Below, one piece after another: positions 1-9,957 of a DNA stretch of 34,638 nt. Source of the DNA: an uncultured Synechococcus sp. (GTDB lineage: Bacteria > Cyanobacteriota > Cyanobacteriia > PCC-6307 > Cyanobiaceae); contig CAJWLE010000001.1 of NCBI GenBank assembly GCA_913042965.1, positions 1 to 34,638 on the forward strand, given 5' to 3'. Position numbers and translations under genes: made by a program. The stretch's first letter is position 1; every line of letters starts with the position of its first letter. The notes below the pieces were generated by a model that was given only the letters and a program-made list of their open reading frames with translations, searched no databases and was not told the DNA's origin.

Positions 1-359
1 CGGCATGACTGGAAAACGTCGAAACCATGGAGATGTGCCGTGAACACAGGCCGACTGTATGGAACACAACATCCTTTTCAGGAAAAGAGGATGTGAACAT
101 CCAATTAAGAGTTGACTAAGATTCAATCAACGTGGAATTTGCTGTTTATTCACAGCAAAAAAGGGGGAGAAAAAGAATTCTGTCCACCTGTCCACGCAGA
201 ACCCCTCACTGACCGGCGAAGGCTTTTTTTTCCTCTCCTTTAGCCCCTCATGCAATTCCTCAGCCTTAGTGGGGATAGACGTGGACAGCAGCCTGGACAG
301 TCCGTGGACAACAGATGCTGTCAATGCCATCACGGTGCTATTCCATGTCCGAACTGACG

Positions 360-977
360 ATGGACCAACGGCTTTTTTTTCCCGCGACGGAACGCAATCG
401 CGGCCCTATCGAAGATCTGCTCAGCCAGCTGTTGCCTGCCTCAGGAGCCGTGCTGGAACTGGCCAGCGGCAGTGGTGAACATGCCGTCTGTTTTCAGCAG
501 CGATTCCCACACCTGATCTGGCAGGCCAGCGATCCGGATCCGGACCATCGCGCCAGCATCGACGCCTGGATCCGCCACCAAGGCCTCAACGATGTCATGC
601 CAGCAGCCCTCAATCTTGATGTTGAGGAACGCCCCTGGCCCCTCCCCCAAACCATCCGGGAGTCACTGAAGGCTGTGGTTTGCATCAACCTGCTGCACAT
701 CAGTCCCCCCGACTGCACCGCAGCACTGCTTGAGGAATCAGCGTTGCTGCTCCCCACCGGATCCCCCTTATTCATCTACGGCCCTTTCCTGCAGAACGGC
801 CACCACACCAGTGCCAGCAATGAAGCGTTCGATGCCAGCCTGCGGCAGCGCAATCCTGCCTGGGGAGTGCGGGATCTGGCCTGGATCGACGAGCTGTTGC
901 AGCCTCTGCCCTTGAAACGGGTTGGGTGCCACACCATGCCGGCCAACAACCTCACCCTGGTGATGGAGCGCTGCTGA
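360..977 (+). CDS. DUF938 family SAM-dependent methyltransferase
   Basis: MDQRLFFPATERNR...VLELASGSGEH (SAM motif I), WQASD, INLLHI, YGPF, SNEAFD, WGVRD, MPANN. ATG 360 chosen (345 possible). Confidence 0.9.
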   Translation: MDQRLFFPATERNRGPIEDLLSQLLPASGAVLELASGSGEHAVCFQQRFPHLIWQASDPDPDHRASIDAWIRHQGLNDVMPAALNLDVEERPWPLPQTIRESLKAVVCINLLHISPPDCTAALLEESALLLPTGSPLFIYGPFLQNGHHTSASNEAFDASLRQRNPAWGVRDLAWIDELLQPLPLKRVGCHTMPANNLTLVMERC

Positions 978-1033
978 CCATTGCCGTGGCTGGCGGTTGA
1001 TCGCACAATCGATCGACTGCAACAGGCGAAACA

Positions 1034-2056
1034 GTGAATGTTGACACCCTTTTGATCAAGCTGGTTGTTGGCTTGGGAATCACCCTGGCCGCCACGGTCG
1101 TACTCCGCAGATTTCTACCCCGTTTCAGCCGGAGAACATCGTGTGATTTCGACGATTTCGTGCTTCGGGCCCTGAGCGATGCGGTCCTTCCTTTCGGAAT
1201 CGTCGTCACGCTGCTGATCGTCAAGACCAATCTCGGTCTACCCAATGATGTGGCGAGGGCTTACGACGTCGTCCTGCGAATCGTGGGATCGATTGTCCTC
1301 ATCCGCTTCATCAACCGCATCGGCATCCGATTTCTTCAAAGTGTTGCCAGGCGAAGCGACAGCGACCTCGAACAACTGTTCAAAAACATTCAGCCCCTTG
1401 TAAGGGCCCTGATCTGGATTGTGGGTGCTCTGGTGTTGTTCCAGAGCCTGGGTGTGCAACTGGCAGCGATCTGGGCCCTCTTGAGCGCTGGTGGTATCGG
1501 CGTAGGCCTTGCGCTCAAAGAGCCTGCCCAGGAGCTGTTTGCCTATCTGATGATTCTGCTGGACAAGCCGTTCACTGTTGGCCAGTTCATCAATGTTGGT
1601 TCCACATTCGCCACGGTTGAAAAAATCGGGGTGCGCTCCACCCATCTGCGCAGCCTGCGAGGCGAGGCGGTGGTGATGAACAACTCCGCTCTCACACACA
1701 CCACTCTTCTGAACTTTGCCGACATGGAGAATCGGCGGATGATCTATTCACTCGGCGTCACTTACTCCACCAGCGTGGAACAGATGAAGGCGATTCCAGC
1801 ATGGGTGGAGCAGATTATTGAAGTCATCCCAAATACCAGTTTTGATCGCTGCCATTTCACAGAATTCGGCGATTCCAGCCTCAATCTCGAGCTCGTTTAT
1901 TACATCGACACCCGCGACTACACCACGGCTATGGACGCTCAGCAGGCGGTGAATCTCGGAATCATGGAGTGCTTTGCCAAGGAGGGAATTGAATTTGCCT
2001 TCCCCAGTCGCACTCTCTATCTAGAGAGTGATTCACTCGCGGGCAAGCTCTCCTGA
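1034..2056 (+). CDS. mscS: Small-conductance mechanosensitive channel (MscS family)
   Basis: TM helices then GAGGIGVGLALK, DKPFTVGQFI, VEKIGVRST, FGDSSLNLEL, GIEFAFPSRTL. Confidence 0.9.
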   Translation: MNVDTLLIKLVVGLGITLAATVVLRRFLPRFSRRTSCDFDDFVLRALSDAVLPFGIVVTLLIVKTNLGLPNDVARAYDVVLRIVGSIVLIRFINRIGIRFLQSVARRSDSDLEQLFKNIQPLVRALIWIVGALVLFQSLGVQLAAIWALLSAGGIGVGLALKEPAQELFAYLMILLDKPFTVGQFINVGSTFATVEKIGVRSTHLRSLRGEAVVMNNSALTHTTLLNFADMENRRMIYSLGVTYSTSVEQMKAIPAWVEQIIEVIPNTSFDRCHFTEFGDSSLNLELVYYIDTRDYTTAMDAQQAVNLGIMECFAKEGIEFAFPSRTLYLESDSLAGKLS

Positions 2057-2346
2057 GCCGAAGGCCCGCTGATTCGTTGCATCCACAGGCCACCGCACAC
2101 CAGCAGAAAACCAAGTCCGGCAGCAACCAATGGAATCGTCCGCTGGGACCAGCTCCCGGGCAGATCGCGGCGGTGATTCAACCAATCCTTTCGACGACAG
2201 CTGCTGCAGAGCATCGGAGCATCACCGCCCCCCTTGACTTTGAAGCCGATCCGACCGGGTAGCTCGATGAGAGCCCCACAGCTGTCGCACTTGAGTGAGA
2301 ACAGGCTCATGAACGCTTCGGCCCCCATTTCCAACGTGGTCGTCAT
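2017..2346 (-). CDS. Hypothetical protein with CxxC...CxxC (zinc-ribbon-like) and a C-terminal TM helix
   Basis: CDSC and CSSC pairs; hydrophobic IPLVAAGLGFLLVCGGLW; fills the mscS-purS gap; start could be ATG 2310. Confidence 0.6.
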   Translation of the reverse strand: MTTTLEMGAEAFMSLFSLKCDSCGALIELPGRIGFKVKGGGDAPMLCSSCRRKDWLNHRRDLPGSWSQRTIPLVAAGLGFLLVCGGLWMQRISGPSAQESLPASESLSR

Positions 2347-2428
2347 CCTCTCCTGATTTCCACACCAAGCATCTCGATCCGTGAGCTGAAATCGGTCTGG
2401 CAGGATCTGATCAGCCCTGCTGGTGACC

Positions 2429-2683
2429 GTGCCGCGTTTTCAAGCCCGCGTCCTCGTGCGCCTGCGCCCCTCCGTGCTTGATCCCGCTGGTGAGGCGGCC
2501 CGAGGTGCTGCAGCCCGTTTAGGGGTGGAGGGCATCAGCAAACTGCGAATCGGCAAAGCCGTTGAATTGGAAATCGAGGCCGCCGATGCGGCGGAGGCCA
2601 GAAGCCGGATCGAACTGCTCAGCGATCGCTTGTTCGCCAATCCAGTGATCGAGGACTGGTCTCTTGAACTGCTGGACTCATGA
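2429..2683 (+). CDS. purS: Phosphoribosylformylglycinamidine synthase subunit PurS
   Basis: [10 protein letters not shown]...LRIGK...[10 protein letters not shown]; GTG start; overlaps the purQ start (ATGA). Confidence 0.95.
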   Translation: MPRFQARVLVRLRPSVLDPAGEAARGAAARLGVEGISKLRIGKAVELEIEAADAAEARSRIELLSDRLFANPVIEDWSLELLDS

Positions 2684-3333
2684 GCATTGGTGTCATCGTC
2701 TTTCCCGGCTCCAATTGCGATCGGGATGTGCTTTGGGCCACCCAGGGATGCCTAGGGCTTCCCACGCGCCGGATCTGGCATGAGGAAACCGATCTGAGCG
2801 GTTTAGACGCCGTCGTGTTGCCTGGAGGCTTCAGCTATGGCGACTATCTGCGCTGCGGCGCCATCGCCCGCTTCGCACCAGCTCTCCGCTCCCTGGTTGA
2901 GTTCACTGCACGGGGAGGTCGGGTTCTTGGGATTTGCAACGGTTTTCAGGTGCTCACGGAACTGGGACTGCTTCCTGGGGCTCTCACACGCAACCGCGAT
3001 CTGCATTTCATCTGTGAAGACGTGAATCTGACGGTGGTCAGCGCCCGTACCACCTGGTTGCAGAACTACAGCGCCAAGGGGCATCTGACCTTGCCGATCG
3101 CCCACGGGGAAGGCCGGTATCAATGCAGCGAAGACACTCTCAAGCAATTGCAGGACGACGATGCCATTGCCCTCCGTTACGGAAACAACCCCAACGGTTC
3201 AGTCGATGACATCGCCGGTATCACCAACCCCAAAGGCAATGTTCTTGGGCTGATGCCCCACCCGGAGCGGGCCTGCGATCCAGCGACCGGAGGCGTTGAA
3301 GGACGCGCCATGCTGCAGGCGCTGCTGAATTGA
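2680..3333 (+). CDS. purQ: Phosphoribosylformylglycinamidine synthase glutaminase subunit PurQ
   Basis: [27 protein letters not shown] (catalytic Cys), MPHPER. Confidence 0.97.
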   Translation: MSIGVIVFPGSNCDRDVLWATQGCLGLPTRRIWHEETDLSGLDAVVLPGGFSYGDYLRCGAIARFAPALRSLVEFTARGGRVLGICNGFQVLTELGLLPGALTRNRDLHFICEDVNLTVVSARTTWLQNYSAKGHLTLPIAHGEGRYQCSEDTLKQLQDDDAIALRYGNNPNGSVDDIAGITNPKGNVLGLMPHPERACDPATGGVEGRAMLQALLN

Positions 3334-3337
3334 ACCG

Positions 3338-4291
3338 ATGCTCCGTCGTCGCAAGCTGCTGATTTCAGGAGCAGCGGCGGCCCTGACGCCTCTGCTGAAC
3401 AGAAGGGCGCAGGCAGCAGCACCTCCCTTGGCGCCGCTGAGACCCGGGGCCCGTATCCGAGCGGTGAATCCAGGCACCTGGATCGAACCGGAGCTCGACC
3501 TCGACCCCCTGCTCACCCGCTGTGCAGCTGAGGGCTGGCGGCTTGAGATTCCAGACAGCGTGATGCAGCAGTGGCGCTACTTCTCGGCCACAGACCTCAA
3601 CAGGGCCGCCGATCTCACGACGGCCTGGCGCGATCCCACCGTGGATGCTGTGTTCTACCTCGGTGGAGGCTGGGGAGGTGCCCGGGTATTGGAGGCGGGG
3701 TTCCGCTTCCCAGCGCGGTCCAAATGGACGCTCGGTTTCTCCGACAGCAGCTCACTGTTGCTGGCCCAGTGGGCGGCTGGACGTCCTGGGGCGGTGCATG
3801 GCTCCTTGGGAGGGTCCAATGAGCATTGGCAGCGCACTGTGAATCTGCTCACTGGCCAACCGGTCAAGCCACTGCAAGGCAAGGGGCTGCGCCCCGGCAT
3901 CGGTCGCGGACCGCTGATCGTGACCAACCTCACCGTGGCAACGCACCTGATCGGCACGCCCTGGCTGCCGTCCCTCAAAGGAGCGGTTCTGGTTATCGAA
4001 GATGTAGGCGAAGCTCCTTATCGAATCGACCGGATGCTCACCCAGTGGCGCAGTGCTGGCCTGCTGCAGCAACTGGCGGGGGTGGCCTGCGGCCGTTTCA
4101 GCTGGGCGGAGGACGACATCCTTCCTGGGGATTTCAGCATGGAAGAGATCCTGGAAGAGCGCCTGGGAGATCTGGGCATTCCCTTGGTTCTGAACCTGCC
4201 CCTCGGCCACGGACATCCCAACAATGCACTGCCACTTGGTGCCATGGCGCAACTGGACGGCCGCCGGGGCAACCTCAGCCTGATCCGATGA
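3338..4291 (+). CDS. LD-carboxypeptidase (peptidase S66)
   Basis: GFSD (Ser), IEDVGEAPYRIDRML (Glu), PLGHG (His); N-terminal RRRKLL Tat-like signal. Confidence 0.9.
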   Translation: MLRRRKLLISGAAAALTPLLNRRAQAAAPPLAPLRPGARIRAVNPGTWIEPELDLDPLLTRCAAEGWRLEIPDSVMQQWRYFSATDLNRAADLTTAWRDPTVDAVFYLGGGWGGARVLEAGFRFPARSKWTLGFSDSSSLLLAQWAAGRPGAVHGSLGGSNEHWQRTVNLLTGQPVKPLQGKGLRPGIGRGPLIVTNLTVATHLIGTPWLPSLKGAVLVIEDVGEAPYRIDRMLTQWRSAGLLQQLAGVACGRFSWAEDDILPGDFSMEEILEERLGDLGIPLVLNLPLGHGHPNNALPLGAMAQLDGRRGNLSLIR

Positions 4292-6042
4292 TCCGCGCCC
4301 TTCTGCTGATCCTTGGAGTCTGGGGTGGCATCGCAACGGCCCGGCCGGTTCCTGTGAGCCGCCAAGACCCCGAAGCCCCCTCAAGTTCGGCCAAGCCGGT
4401 TTCGACTGCTTCTGGATCTGCCGTGGTGGTGACGGCCCATCCGCATGCCAGCGCTGCGGCACTGGCGGCTCTTCAGGCTGGTGGACATTCCATGGATGCT
4501 CTCGTTGCCGCTCAGGCGGTCCTGACGGTGGTGGAACCGCAGAGTTCCGGCCTTGGCGGTGGCGGATTCCTGCTCCACTGGAACGCCCAGCGGCGGCAGT
4601 TGGAGGTGCTCGACGGCCGTGAAACGGCACCGCAACGCAGTCGCCCCAGCGATTTTCTGAACGCCGAAGGGGAAGCACTGCCCTGGCATCAGGCCACCAG
4701 CAGCCTGCAGGCCATCGGCATTCCCGGAACAGTGGCTCTGCTCTGGGAGGCTCACCAGCAACACGGGCGACGGCCTTGGTCCGAGCTGCTGGATCACGCC
4801 ATCACACTGGCCCGCGATGGCTTCGAGCCCAGCCCTCGACTGCTTCGATCGATCGCCCTGGCACAGCGACTCGGAGTCGATCACAACCTGGCCTTTCAGA
4901 AGCTGTATCTACCAAACGGTGCAGCCATCCGGCCCGGGACACGGCTTCGCAACCCAGCCCTGGCCCGCACCCTGGAGCGGCTCGCCCACCACGGAGGCCT
5001 GGACTTCTACCGAGGGAAACTGGCGGATCAGATCCTGCGCGAGCTTTCAGCGCTCAACAGTGTCGAGCCTCGCTTCCGAGGCTGGTCAGCGGCCGATCTG
5101 GCGTCATACAGAGTGATTAGGCGGCAGCCGCTGTGCAGCCGATGGCGGGACCAGCTTCTCTGCTCCGTTCCAGCACCCAGCAGCGGTGGACTGGCGGTTC
5201 AGCAAAGCCTGGCGCTTTGGGATGCGATCAGCGGAGAGGACAGGATCACCCAGCCCTCCGGCTGGCAACGCCTGGCCCAGGCACTGGCCTGGGCCGATGC
5301 GGATCGTCTGTATTGGGTGCGTGATCCGGTCGATGGCACCCCCTGGGTTTCGGCATTGCTGGATCCGGCATACATCTCCGCGCGCGCGCGGCGGATGAAG
5401 AGCGATCTCTCCTTGCGGGCCGCTCCAGGCCTTCCCCCTGGACAACCCAGCTATCCATTTGCCAGGCCGGCCAATGGACGCGAAGACGGCACCAGTCAGA
5501 TCACCATCGTGGATCGTGATGGCAACCTGGTCAGCTACACCGCATCGGTGGAGACCGTGTTTGGCAGCCGGCATCTGGTGGCCGGCATGGTGATGAACAA
5601 TCAGCTCACCGACTTCTCCTTCCGTCCCAGCATCGGAGCAGAGCCGGTGGCCAACCAACGTCGACCGGGACGACGACCCATGTCATCCATGGCTCCGACC
5701 ATCGTGTTTCGCAACGGGCGGCCTGTGCTGGCAACCGGCAGTCCTGGAGGTCGAAGGATCCCCCACTTTCTGAGCCGAACGCTGCTGGCCTCACTGGTCT
5801 GGAAGGAGCCCCCCCACCGTGCCGTGGCGTTACCCCACGTCTCGGTAAGCGATGGTGCACTGGTGCTGGAACAGGAGGCGCCGCTCCCGTGGCCAGTGTC
5901 ACCGGAACGGCTGGCGATCAATGGGCAGGGCGTGCGGTTTCAACGCTTCGGCAGCGGTACAGCCCTGCTGCAACGGATCAACGGCCGCTGGCATGGCGCA
6001 GCAGACCCTCGGCGCGAGGGCAAGGCAATGGCACTCCCCTGA
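4288..6042 (+). CDS. ggt: Gamma-glutamyltransferase
   Basis: VVEPQSSGLGGGGF, DGRETAP, GTSQITIVD (nucleophile Thr), NNQLTDF, PMSSMAP, GSPGG, GAADPRREG; signal peptide begins at ATG 4288, which overlaps the upstream stop. Confidence 0.93.
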   Translation: MIRALLLILGVWGGIATARPVPVSRQDPEAPSSSAKPVSTASGSAVVVTAHPHASAAALAALQAGGHSMDALVAAQAVLTVVEPQSSGLGGGGFLLHWNAQRRQLEVLDGRETAPQRSRPSDFLNAEGEALPWHQATSSLQAIGIPGTVALLWEAHQQHGRRPWSELLDHAITLARDGFEPSPRLLRSIALAQRLGVDHNLAFQKLYLPNGAAIRPGTRLRNPALARTLERLAHHGGLDFYRGKLADQILRELSALNSVEPRFRGWSAADLASYRVIRRQPLCSRWRDQLLCSVPAPSSGGLAVQQSLALWDAISGEDRITQPSGWQRLAQALAWADADRLYWVRDPVDGTPWVSALLDPAYISARARRMKSDLSLRAAPGLPPGQPSYPFARPANGREDGTSQITIVDRDGNLVSYTASVETVFGSRHLVAGMVMNNQLTDFSFRPSIGAEPVANQRRPGRRPMSSMAPTIVFRNGRPVLATGSPGGRRIPHFLSRTLLASLVWKEPPHRAVALPHVSVSDGALVLEQEAPLPWPVSPERLAINGQGVRFQRFGSGTALLQRINGRWHGAADPRREGKAMALP

Positions 6043-6071
6043 GTGGGTCTCCTGCGGTTGTCCTGAGGCAG

Positions 6072-6094
6072 AAAAAAAGGGGCCAAAGGCCCCT
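6072..6094 (-). terminator. Rho-independent terminator of the class II aldolase gene
   Basis: AGGGGCC-aaa-GGCCCCT stem with an A7 run on + (U-tract on -), about 40 nt past the stop codon. Confidence 0.8.
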
Positions 6095-6131
6095 ATGGAT
6101 TGGTTGAAAGTGGATCGCTTGAAACCTGCTG

Positions 6132-7205
6132 TCAGACAGCAACAGCAGCCTTGGTATTCAAGGCACCCTTGGCGTAGAGGCCGGCGTAGTGGGTGATGCT
6201 CTGCTGCTTGATCTTGCTGGCGTTGCCAGCCGCCCAGAACTGCTGATAGCGATCGAGGCAGACCTGCTTCATGTACTTGCGGGCCGGCTTGTTGAAGTGG
6301 CGTGGATCAAAGTTGGCTGGGTCAGCCATGGCTGCTTCGCGCACCGCGGCAGTGAAGGCGAGTCGATTGTCGGTATCGATATTCACCTTGCGAACACCGT
6401 TGCGAATCCCTTCCTGGATCTCTTCCACGGGCACGCCGTAAGTCTCGGGGATTGCACCGCCATGCTTGTTGATCATCTCCAGCCACTCCTGGGGAACGGA
6501 GGAGGAACCATGCATCACCAGGTGGGTGTTGGGGATGGCTTTGTGGATCTCAGCAATACGGCTGATGGCCAGAACCTCACCGGTGGGCTTGCGGGTGAAC
6601 TTGTAGGCGCCGTGGCTGGTGCCGATAGCGATCGCCAACGCGTCGCATTTGGTTTTGGTGACGAAATCAGCGGCTTCAGCCGGATCGGTGAGGAGCATGT
6701 CCATGGACAGCTCACCTTCGAAACCATGGCCGTCCTCGGCCTCACCTTTGCCGGTCTCGAGTGAACCGAGGCAACCCAGTTCACCTTCAACGCTCACACC
6801 AACAGAGTGGGCGAAATCAACAACCTGTTTGGTGACGTTGACGTTGTACTCGTAACTGGCAGGGGTCTTGGCGTCGGCCTCCAGGGAGCCGTCCATCATC
6901 ACGGAGGTGAAACCGTTGATCGCTGCTGAATAACAGGTGTCCGGTGCATTGCCGTGGTCCTGATGCATCACCACGGGGATATGCGGATACGTTTCAGTCG
7001 CCGCGAGAATCAGGTGGCGAAGAAAGATCTCACCGGCATAGCTGCGTGCTCCACGCGAGGCCTGCAGAATCACCGGGCTGTCGGTCTCGTCAGCCGCTTC
7101 CATGATGGCCTGCACCTGCTCAAGGTTGTTCACATTGAAAGCAGGAATGCCATAGCCGTTTTCAGCGGCATGGTCGAGCAAAAGCCGAAGCGGAACGAGC
7201 GCCAT
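6132..7205 (-). CDS. fbaA: Fructose-bisphosphate aldolase class II (Calvin-cycle type)
   Basis: [55 protein letters not shown]. Confidence 0.97.
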   Translation of the reverse strand: MALVPLRLLLDHAAENGYGIPAFNVNNLEQVQAIMEAADETDSPVILQASRGARSYAGEIFLRHLILAATETYPHIPVVMHQDHGNAPDTCYSAAINGFTSVMMDGSLEADAKTPASYEYNVNVTKQVVDFAHSVGVSVEGELGCLGSLETGKGEAEDGHGFEGELSMDMLLTDPAEAADFVTKTKCDALAIAIGTSHGAYKFTRKPTGEVLAISRIAEIHKAIPNTHLVMHGSSSVPQEWLEMINKHGGAIPETYGVPVEEIQEGIRNGVRKVNIDTDNRLAFTAAVREAAMADPANFDPRHFNKPARKYMKQVCLDRYQQFWAAGNASKIKQQSITHYAGLYAKGALNTKAAVAV

Positions 7206-7326
7206 AGGAAAAGTCCGATATAGAACCTGGACGGATGAGACTCCGCCGGGCGAAGACTTTACCTATTTGTGTTTAATTTGTCACCAAGCCCTGTCGCCCT
7301 CGCGACAAGGCCTGGTCAAAACGGAA

Positions 7327-8394
7327 TCAGTAGGTGTATCCAGCGACGAACAGCTGCTCATCAGATGATGGCTGGGAGCCAGGCACATACTGACCGAGTG
7401 AGGCTTCCGAATTGGCCTGAGCCCTTGCGAGAAGAGCCTTCTGACCAGCCTCAGTATTGGAACCAGCCCAGCCCTTGAGACATGAGTGCTGCAGAGCACG
7501 GCCATAGGAGAACCCGAGGTTCCACTTCGCTTTGCGCTCGATGCTGTTCATGTGGTTGAGGTACACCGAGGCGGCTTCCTCACTCAGGCCACCGGAGAGG
7601 AACACGATGCCAGGAACGCTGGCGGGAACGCTGCGCTCGAGAGTTCTCACCGTCATGGCTGCAACTTTGGCCGGGTCGGCCTTGTCGGCACAATCAGCGC
7701 CTTGAACAGTCATCGAAGGCTTCAACAGGGTGCCCTCAAGCAGAACACCGTTGGCATGGCAAGCGTGATACACCTCTTGAATCACATGCTCCTGAATACG
7801 AGCTGTGGTTTCGATGCTGTGGTTGCCATCCATCAGAATTTCGGGCTCCACGATGGGCACCAGGCCTGATTCCTGAACCGAACGTGCATAACGAGCCAGA
7901 CCCCAGGCATTTTCGCGAATCGAAAGCGCAGAGGGGCTGCCGTCAGAGGTGATTTGCAGAACAGCGCGCCACTTAGCGAAGCGTGCGCCTTGGGCGTAGT
8001 AATCGGCAGCGCGCTCAACCAATCCGTCCAGGCCGGTGCAGAGCGTTTCAACGGCATTGGCACCGCCCAGGGGCCTCAGACCCTTATCAACCTTGATGCC
8101 GGGAATGACGCCAAGCTTGCCCAGCTTGGTGACCATCGACTCACCGTCGGCATGGTTCTGAAACAGGGTCTCCTCATACAGGATGGCGCCACTGATGAAG
8201 TCACCTAAACCTGCTGCAGTGAACAGCATTCCTCTATAGGCTTGGCGGTTGGCCTCAGTGTTCTCAACGCCAATGGATCCGAGACGCTTGCCAATGGTCT
8301 TGGTCGATTCATCAACAGCGAGAATCCCTTTTCCAGGGGCCGCAAGCGCCTTCGCTGTGGCGATCAATTCTGAGCTGTAATCCGCCAAAGCCAT
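7327..8394 (-). CDS. Fructose-bisphosphate aldolase class I (eukaryote type)
   Basis: GKGILAVDES, GIKVDKG, FAKWR, VPIVEPEILMDG, LLKPSM (Schiff-base Lys), FLSGG, FSYGRALQ, C-terminal Tyr. Confidence 0.95.
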   Translation of the reverse strand: MALADYSSELIATAKALAAPGKGILAVDESTKTIGKRLGSIGVENTEANRQAYRGMLFTAAGLGDFISGAILYEETLFQNHADGESMVTKLGKLGVIPGIKVDKGLRPLGGANAVETLCTGLDGLVERAADYYAQGARFAKWRAVLQITSDGSPSALSIRENAWGLARYARSVQESGLVPIVEPEILMDGNHSIETTARIQEHVIQEVYHACHANGVLLEGTLLKPSMTVQGADCADKADPAKVAAMTVRTLERSVPASVPGIVFLSGGLSEEAASVYLNHMNSIERKAKWNLGFSYGRALQHSCLKGWAGSNTEAGQKALLARAQANSEASLGQYVPGSQPSSDEQLFVAGYTY

Positions 8395-8504
8395 TTTAAA
8401 GATTAAGAGAAACGCAATTCTTCAATCCAAGCTCGCGAACCGAGGCACTTTAGTTACAAGAAAAACGCATAATTAGAACAAAAGCGTTGCATCATTTGCT
8501 GCAA

Positions 8505-9584
8505 TCAAGCGTGAGCAAGTGGTCCTTCGGTCTGATCGCATGCATCACGACTCTGCACGCCCTCAGCAAGGCCGGGAATCATCGGCCTGCCGCTGCGGAT
8601 GCTTTGAGCCCACCACCCCAGCACTCTGGCAACAGGCGCGATCCGACCATCACTCCAGGTTTGATCAAAAGCGAGATCGTCATCCGCAGGGACCGATCGG
8701 AAGCTCTCACCTAAAGCAGCATGCTGAAGTTCAAAGCCATGGACATAGTCCTTCTGATTGCTGCTGCTGAGCATCAGGGAACCATCCGAACCCGTGATAT
8801 CCAGGCAAAAACCTCGACCATTCCGCGAAACCGAACTGAGACAGACCTGGGCAGGCACGGGCAACTCAGGTCGGCCCTGCCACTGCAGGCTGGCCTGAAC
8901 CAAGGACACATCGGACGCATCGACAGGGGCCAAGCCACCATCGGGATGGGGCCGCTGCTGAATCGACACGCTGTTCAAGGCATGCAGCGACGCCACGGGC
9001 CCAATCAACCAGGCGAGCATGTCGAAAGCATGGGTTCCAAGGGCACCGATCACACCACCCCCCTGATCCGCCTGGGAATACCAGTTCCAACCGCGCTCTG
9101 GATCAGAGCGACTGCCCATCAGCCAGTCGAGTTTCACCAGCCAGGGGATACCGACGGCCCCCGCTCTGAGCAGGCGATCAGCCTGCATGAACAGAGGGAC
9201 TGCCCTGTATTCGTAATCCACAGCCACCGAGAGGCCTCTCGCCATGGCCAGCCGTTGCAACTCCCTGGCCTGATCGGTATGCAAGGCGATCGGCTTCTCC
9301 AGCAGCAGATGTTTGCCGGCTTCCAGAGCACGGCGAGCCAACTCAAACCGTGGTGCCGGGGGGGTCGCAATCACCACAGCCTCCACAGCCGGGTCAGCCA
9401 GCAGAGCGTCCCAGTCGTCATAACCGGCGAGACCATGAGCTGAGCAGGCCTCATCCAACCGCTCGCGGCGAGGATGCCACAACGCCACGCTGCGCAGATC
9501 CGAGTTTGCCTTCACAGCCTGAAGGTGAACCTTCTCGCCGAAACCAAGTCCGGCGATGGCCACACCAATCGGTTGAACACTCAT
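8505..9584 (-). CDS. Gfo/Idh/MocA family oxidoreductase
   Basis: AGLGFG Rossmann motif, GKHLLLEKP, GGGVIGALGTH; ATG 9584 lies just after the upstream stop. Confidence 0.9.
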   Translation of the reverse strand: MSVQPIGVAIAGLGFGEKVHLQAVKANSDLRSVALWHPRRERLDEACSAHGLAGYDDWDALLADPAVEAVVIATPPAPRFELARRALEAGKHLLLEKPIALHTDQARELQRLAMARGLSVAVDYEYRAVPLFMQADRLLRAGAVGIPWLVKLDWLMGSRSDPERGWNWYSQADQGGGVIGALGTHAFDMLAWLIGPVASLHALNSVSIQQRPHPDGGLAPVDASDVSLVQASLQWQGRPELPVPAQVCLSSVSRNGRGFCLDITGSDGSLMLSSSNQKDYVHGFELQHAALGESFRSVPADDDLAFDQTWSDGRIAPVARVLGWWAQSIRSGRPMIPGLAEGVQSRDACDQTEGPLAHA

Positions 9585-9585
9585 C

Positions 9586-9957
9586 TCAGCTGGCCAGTGG
9601 TTCGTTGCAGACGGCGTCAATCACCGAGCCGATCAACCCGTCTTCGCCGGCAGCCTCCCAGCTGGCGCCAAAGCGGGGGATGCCGTTCACCTGCTTATCG
9701 CGGTAGAGCTGCTGAGCACAGTCGAGCTGCATCACATACAGCTCACCGGGAGCCTGCTCGCCCTCGGACGTTGGAGCGGGCGTGAACCGGCTCAGAACTG
9801 AGCGCAAACCCTGCCGATCCTCCCGGACGCTGCCTCGGTCCCACCACTGCTGTCCGGCCTCCGTTGCTGGAACCTCAATCCAGTCAACCTGTCCGGCCCA
9901 GACGGGCAGGACCCAGGCCAGAAGGCTCAGACCCAGCATCAACACAACCCTGATCAT
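9586..9957 (-). CDS. Conserved exported hypothetical protein
   Basis: Signal peptide; [18 protein letters not shown]; Cys pair; coupled to the accD stop. Confidence 0.75.
   Translation of the reverse strand: MIRVVLMLGLSLLAWVLPVWAGQVDWIEVPATEAGQQWWDRGSVREDRQGLRSVLSRFTPAPTSEGEQAPGELYVMQLDCAQQLYRDKQVNGIPRFGASWEAAGEDGLIGSVIDAVCNEPLAS

Noticed and set aside
2622-2629. HIP1 octamer GCGATCGC
   Set aside because: Only sporadic copies noticed, no enrichment.
3826-4287. 738-aa ORF suggesting an N-terminally extended GGT
   Set aside because: The extension overlaps the LD-carboxypeptidase in another frame; the signal peptide starts at ATG 4288.
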